A stretch of 64,000 nt of DNA from a virus. Position numbers and translations under genes: made by a program. The notes under the pieces are model-generated. The model was given only the letters and a program-made list of their open reading frames with translations. It searched no databases and was not told the origin of the DNA. This document shows positions 60,024 to 64,000 of this stretch, in pieces (the stretch's first letter is position 1; every line of letters begins with the position of its first letter). The DNA lies in IMG/VR virus record IMGVR_UViG_3300028610_002494, positions 1-64,000 of that record; one strand, written 5' to 3'.

Positions 60024-62381
60024 TTGAGAAGAAGATTCACATTTGATATAGAAATTAATTATGATGAAATAGACCCATTTGATTTAGTAATTAAAAAAGG
60101 ATCAAGTCCTATTCAAATGTTTGGTTGTTATGATTATTATAAAAATAAATTTTATTCCTTTTTTTATCATAAAAACGTGAAATTAATACCTGCAGAAGAA
60201 ATTAAAAATAAAATTGATAAAAAAATATATTTAATGCTTAAAAAACATTTTGGAAATCAAAAATTTGTTGTTAAAGAAGGATTTTTTAATTCTACTGAAA
60301 GTGGAAGAAAATGGAAATGTAGATATCTTTCTTTTAATAATGAAAAAATAATGATTAGAGCATTTATGAAATTTGTTAAAGATATCAGTCCAGACATTTG
60401 GTCTGGGTTCTTTATTGAAACATTTGATCTTGTTTATATTATGAACAGATGTAAAACACTAAAAGTTAGTTATAAATATTTAAGTCCACTTTATGAAGCT
60501 TATATAAGTCATGGAAGAGCTAAAATAAGAGGAAGTATAATATATGACACTCCTAAAACTTATGCTAAATATATGGGAACTCATCGTCATGCTAATTCAC
60601 TGAAAAAAATAGCTGAATCACATCTGAAAAGAGATGATGACCACAAAATAACTAAAACATCTGAAAGTATTATAAACGAAGATTGGTATGATAATGATTG
60701 GAAAAAATTCATAGAATATTGTTTAGTAGATGTAGAATTATGTGTTTTATTAGAAGAAGAACTTGAACTAATAAGCATGGCAGAAGGATTTGAAAAATTT
60801 ACTGGAACCAACCCTGAATTTGTATTTTTTCCTTCTCATCTAATTGAAAGTACATTTAATTTCATTAAACCTATTTATGAAGAACAAGTATTAAAAAATG
60901 AATATAAAATTGCATTTAACACTAAAAAGAGAAGAAAATTTGAGAAAGCAGCAGGTGCAAAAGTATTAGAAAGTAAAAAAGGATTTTATCGAAAAGGATT
61001 AATGATAATCCTTGATCTTGCAAAAGAATATCCAAAAATAATAGAAAGTATAAATATATCACCTGAAACTTTAGTTAAAATAATAGATCAAAATGAGAAA
61101 GACAAATACAATTATTGTAAAGAAAATGATGTATATTATGTTAAAGAACCAATAGGATTTGTTCCTTTTGCTTTTAAATTTCTTTATTTAATAAGAGATC
61201 GTATAGAAAAAGAAAGAGATAAATTTGAATTTGGTTCTGATAAATTTAATGATATGAACAAAAAAAGACAAACAGTAAAAGATTTGATAAATGCTGTCAC
61301 AGGTCAAGCTGATTATGCAGACTCAATTATTCTTAGTCCAATATGTGCTAATTCATGTAGATTAACTGGACAAAAAGAAATAGTAATATCTGTTAATTAC
61401 ACAAAAAAATTTGGTATTGAATTAAAATTAAAACTTAAGGTTATTTATGGTGATACTGATTCTATTTTTGTTTGGTTAGAAAATGTACAAGATGTTGAGA
61501 TTGCAAAGAAAATAGCTAAAGAAATATGTAAATGGATACAAGTTGGGTTTGATAAATATGCAAAAGAACTAAATTTAAAATCTCACCAATTTGAAATAGG
61601 TTTAGAAAAAATATTAGATATTTTTGTTAGTATAGGCAAAAAGAAAAAGTATTTTGGGCATATTTTATGGGCAGATGGTAATTATGTAAAAGAAGAAAGC
61701 AGTTTACTTGTAAAAGGATTTGAGACAAGAAGATCAGACAGTAGTGATTTTACAGATAAAATACAAAAAGAAATATTTGGATTAATAAACAAAACAAGAA
61801 TATTAGGATGGCATAAAGTAAGAAAAAAAATACTACATAAAATAAAAGTGGAATATCCAGATGGGTTTTCAGAAGATAATTTACTTACAATTGGAATACC
61901 TAAAAAAATAAATAAACGATTTAAAGATTACAAAGTGACAAATGCTCATCTAAGAGGATGTGAATATGCTAATAAATATGTTAATGCTAATTTTCATGCT
62001 GGTTCTAAACCTAAATTGATTTATATTAAAGAGGTTAAACAAAAAGGTGATATAACTTTTCCAAAAAAATATCCACCAACAGATGTATTATGTGTGCAAG
62101 AAGGTATGAAAATTCCAGAAGGAGTTTTTATTATTGACAAAAAAACAATGCTGGAAAAAACAGTTTATAAAAAATTAAGACAAACACTTGATGTTGTAGG
62201 AATACCAATATCACAAATACAAAGTGGATTGAAACAAACTAATATAAAAGATTATTTTAATAAATTTAGTAATGACAAAAAAATAACGAAAAAACATATT
62301 TTAACTATAAATAAAGAAAAGTTAGGTAAAATATTAATTAACTCTAAAAATATTCTTAAAACTATGAAAAAAGAGGTTTAA
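60024..62381 (+). CDS. polB: Family B DNA polymerase, exonuclease + polymerase domains only
   Basis: Starts at ExoI FDIE; FDL.Y, YCLVD, DLAKEYP, K..IN, YGDTDS, KKKY, KGFE..RSD; PIP box QTNIKDYF. Confidence 0.92.
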   Translation: MRRRFTFDIEINYDEIDPFDLVIKKGSSPIQMFGCYDYYKNKFYSFFYHKNVKLIPAEEIKNKIDKKIYLMLKKHFGNQKFVVKEGFFNSTESGRKWKCRYLSFNNEKIMIRAFMKFVKDISPDIWSGFFIETFDLVYIMNRCKTLKVSYKYLSPLYEAYISHGRAKIRGSIIYDTPKTYAKYMGTHRHANSLKKIAESHLKRDDDHKITKTSESIINEDWYDNDWKKFIEYCLVDVELCVLLEEELELISMAEGFEKFTGTNPEFVFFPSHLIESTFNFIKPIYEEQVLKNEYKIAFNTKKRRKFEKAAGAKVLESKKGFYRKGLMIILDLAKEYPKIIESINISPETLVKIIDQNEKDKYNYCKENDVYYVKEPIGFVPFAFKFLYLIRDRIEKERDKFEFGSDKFNDMNKKRQTVKDLINAVTGQADYADSIILSPICANSCRLTGQKEIVISVNYTKKFGIELKLKLKVIYGDTDSIFVWLENVQDVEIAKKIAKEICKWIQVGFDKYAKELNLKSHQFEIGLEKILDIFVSIGKKKKYFGHILWADGNYVKEESSLLVKGFETRRSDSSDFTDKIQKEIFGLINKTRILGWHKVRKKILHKIKVEYPDGFSEDNLLTIGIPKKINKRFKDYKVTNAHLRGCEYANKYVNANFHAGSKPKLIYIKEVKQKGDITFPKKYPPTDVLCVQEGMKIPEGVFIIDKKTMLEKTVYKKLRQTLDVVGIPISQIQSGLKQTNIKDYFNKFSNDKKITKKHILTINKEKLGKILINSKNILKTMKKEV

Positions 62382-62383
62382 AT

Positions 62384-63175
62384 ATGAAAAAAACAAAAAT
62401 TAGCAGTAGTAAAATTGATGGATATGATTGGTGTAATAGAAAATATAGAATTAGAGAAATAGAAAAAATTCCATCTGGAGTTCCACCACATCCTTCATTA
62501 ATACTTGGAAAAGTAAGTCATAAAGAAATACATAATTTTTGGGAAAGATATAACCTTGATCTGGATAATTATGTTTTTCATATACAAAATTACTATACTA
62601 AAACCATTAAAAGAATTAGAGGATTAAGTGAAGAAAATTATATAAAATTCCAGTTGTATTTCTCAAATTTTATTAGTTTCCAGAAAAGAAGAATTGATAC
62701 TTACATAAAAAAATATGATGATGAATATTATATTATTGATAAGCTGTTTTTTCCCATAATCTCCGAAAAATATGGAAAAGTAAATATAACAAGTGATATT
62801 ACTTTTGGATTCATTATAGATTCTTTATTTTGGAATCCTACTGGCAATATCCTAATAGACTGGAAAACAGATAAGGATTGTACTGAGGAAAAATTCAAGA
62901 GTCATATACCTCAACTTAATAGATATTCAGAATGTTTACCACATATTAACCATAGTTGTAAAAAAATAGGGATATACTTCCTAAAAGACTCATTATTTTT
63001 TAACAGGTTAAACACAATAGGATATTCACTTGAAAAAGAAGTATTGACTTTTATAAGAAAAATACAGATCTCTAAATTTCCAAAGGTGTCAAAAAGAGAT
63101 AAATGGAAATGTCATAATGCAGATCTCAGTTATACTTGTGAATATTATCCAGAAATATGTACAGGAGTTGAATAA
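62384..63175 (+). CDS. Cas4-like PD-(D/E)XK exonuclease
   Basis: WC.RKY, IID, IDWKT, QL..Y and C-terminal Cys cluster. Confidence 0.8.
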   Translation: MKKTKISSSKIDGYDWCNRKYRIREIEKIPSGVPPHPSLILGKVSHKEIHNFWERYNLDLDNYVFHIQNYYTKTIKRIRGLSEENYIKFQLYFSNFISFQKRRIDTYIKKYDDEYYIIDKLFFPIISEKYGKVNITSDITFGFIIDSLFWNPTGNILIDWKTDKDCTEEKFKSHIPQLNRYSECLPHINHSCKKIGIYFLKDSLFFNRLNTIGYSLEKEVLTFIRKIQISKFPKVSKRDKWKCHNADLSYTCEYYPEICTGVE

Positions 63176-63530
63176 AACGGTTTATAAAATAATTTGTTCT
63201 AAATGTAGTAAATATACAAATATTTATTATACAAAAATTAAAAATCATTATATACGATGTCCAAAATGTGGTGCTTCTACATTTAAAATAGAAATCATAA
63301 AAGGATCTCATCAAGAAAATACAATTTATAAAATAAACTGTGTTCGATGTAATGAGTATTTTACACTTAATTATTCGAAAGTCAAAGAATTATCTTTCCC
63401 ATTTATACAATGTCCTATATGTAAACAATTTATATTTAAAATAGAAATTATGAAAGGAAATAGAATTGAGATATTAAAATTAAATAGAAGAACAAAAGAC
63501 ATTTACGAGAAATATGATACTTCAACTTAA
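63117..63530 (+). CDS. Double zinc-ribbon protein
   Basis: CSKC/CPKC and CVRC/CPIC; real start is probably the TTG after aggag at ~63167. Confidence 0.6.
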   Translation: MQISVILVNIIQKYVQELNKTVYKIICSKCSKYTNIYYTKIKNHYIRCPKCGASTFKIEIIKGSHQENTIYKINCVRCNEYFTLNYSKVKELSFPFIQCPICKQFIFKIEIMKGNRIEILKLNRRTKDIYEKYDTST

Positions 63531-63570
63531 AGTAGTAATAAGAAAAATATTATAAAGAAGATAAATGTAA

Positions 63571-64000
63571 ATGAGAATATTTAAGAACAAAATTATCTTA
63601 GGAAATTGTTTAGATATCTTAAAATTTATAGATGATCAAGTAGATTTAGTTTTAACTGATCCACCACAATATAGATTAATTAATGATGATATTAAACTAA
63701 ATAATAGAAAAGATTTTGTAAGAAAAGCCAATTTTGATTTATTTAATTCATATAAAGATTTCCTTATTTTCACTGAAAAATGGATTAAATTAACATCAGA
63801 ACTGATGACTAATAACTCAACAATATATATTTCATATGCTGAACAATTCTCAAATGACCTAATTAATATTTGTAAAAACTATGATTTATCATATTTTGAT
63901 ACATTTTATTGGCATAAAACCAACCCAATGCTACAGATCAGAAAAAGAAACTTTAGATCATCAGTAGAGACAACCCTAATATTTACAAGAGGAAAATACA
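63571..64000 (+). CDS. N6A/N4C DNA methyltransferase (3' truncated by window; not in ORF track)
   Basis: MRIFKNKIILGNCLDIL...VDLVLTDPPQY...YWHKTNP; open to the window end. Confidence 0.8.
   Translation, partial: MRIFKNKIILGNCLDILKFIDDQVDLVLTDPPQYRLINDDIKLNNRKDFVRKANFDLFNSYKDFLIFTEKWIKLTSELMTNNSTIYISYAEQFSNDLINICKNYDLSYFDTFYWHKTNPMLQIRKRNFRSSVETTLIFTRGKY

Noticed and set aside
2007-63314. All minus-strand ORFs in the track
   Set aside because: They are short antisense shadows of + strand genes, with F/L/I/S-rich composition, no RBS and no motifs.
1-64000. Alternative genetic code or restriction-site avoidance
   Set aside because: Conserved genes are intact under code 11; rarity of GC-rich palindromes cannot be separated from low GC without computation.

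Overview
Very AT-rich window with essentially all real genes on the + strand. It has archaeal TATA-box promoters, GGTGA/GGAGG ribosome-binding sites and archaeal-type replication genes. It reads as part of a large archaeal virus genome; an Asgard/Lokiarchaeia-like host is inferred, not shown. Layout: (i) 1-12 kb, a membrane/virion module with a repetitive sequon-rich surface protein, CPBP protease, LamG-like and beta-helix proteins, many TM proteins and a P-loop ATPase, but no head-tail genes. (ii) 12.8-16.8 kb, small genes behind duplicated promoters, including an HTH-J-domain fusion. (iii) 16.9-24.4 kb, an array of about 25 small, extremely Lys/Arg-rich genes in paralogous families. (iv) 27-44.5 kb, a replication block: Hel308-like helicase, FEN1, ThyX, RFC-like subunits, MTase, putative SSB, RecA-fold ATPase and a divergent PCNA. 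(v) 45-62 kb, the most striking part. A family B polymerase is split into a stand-alone N-terminal-domain gene (45021) and an exonuclease/polymerase gene (60024). Between them lies a 14.5 kb island with a thymidine-hypermodification-type set (5-hmdU-kinase-like P-loop, aGPT-Pplase2-like amino acid:DNA transferase, GNAT, NDT-like hydrolase, dUTPase), several carrying clamp-binding-like peptides, plus a glycosyltransferase/methyltransferase/radical SAM cluster. Also seen: two unexplained structured RNA-like motifs, each in two copies with compensatory changes, and repeated evidence for ATA/ATT start codons. All family assignments are by-eye motif recognition; no searches were run.
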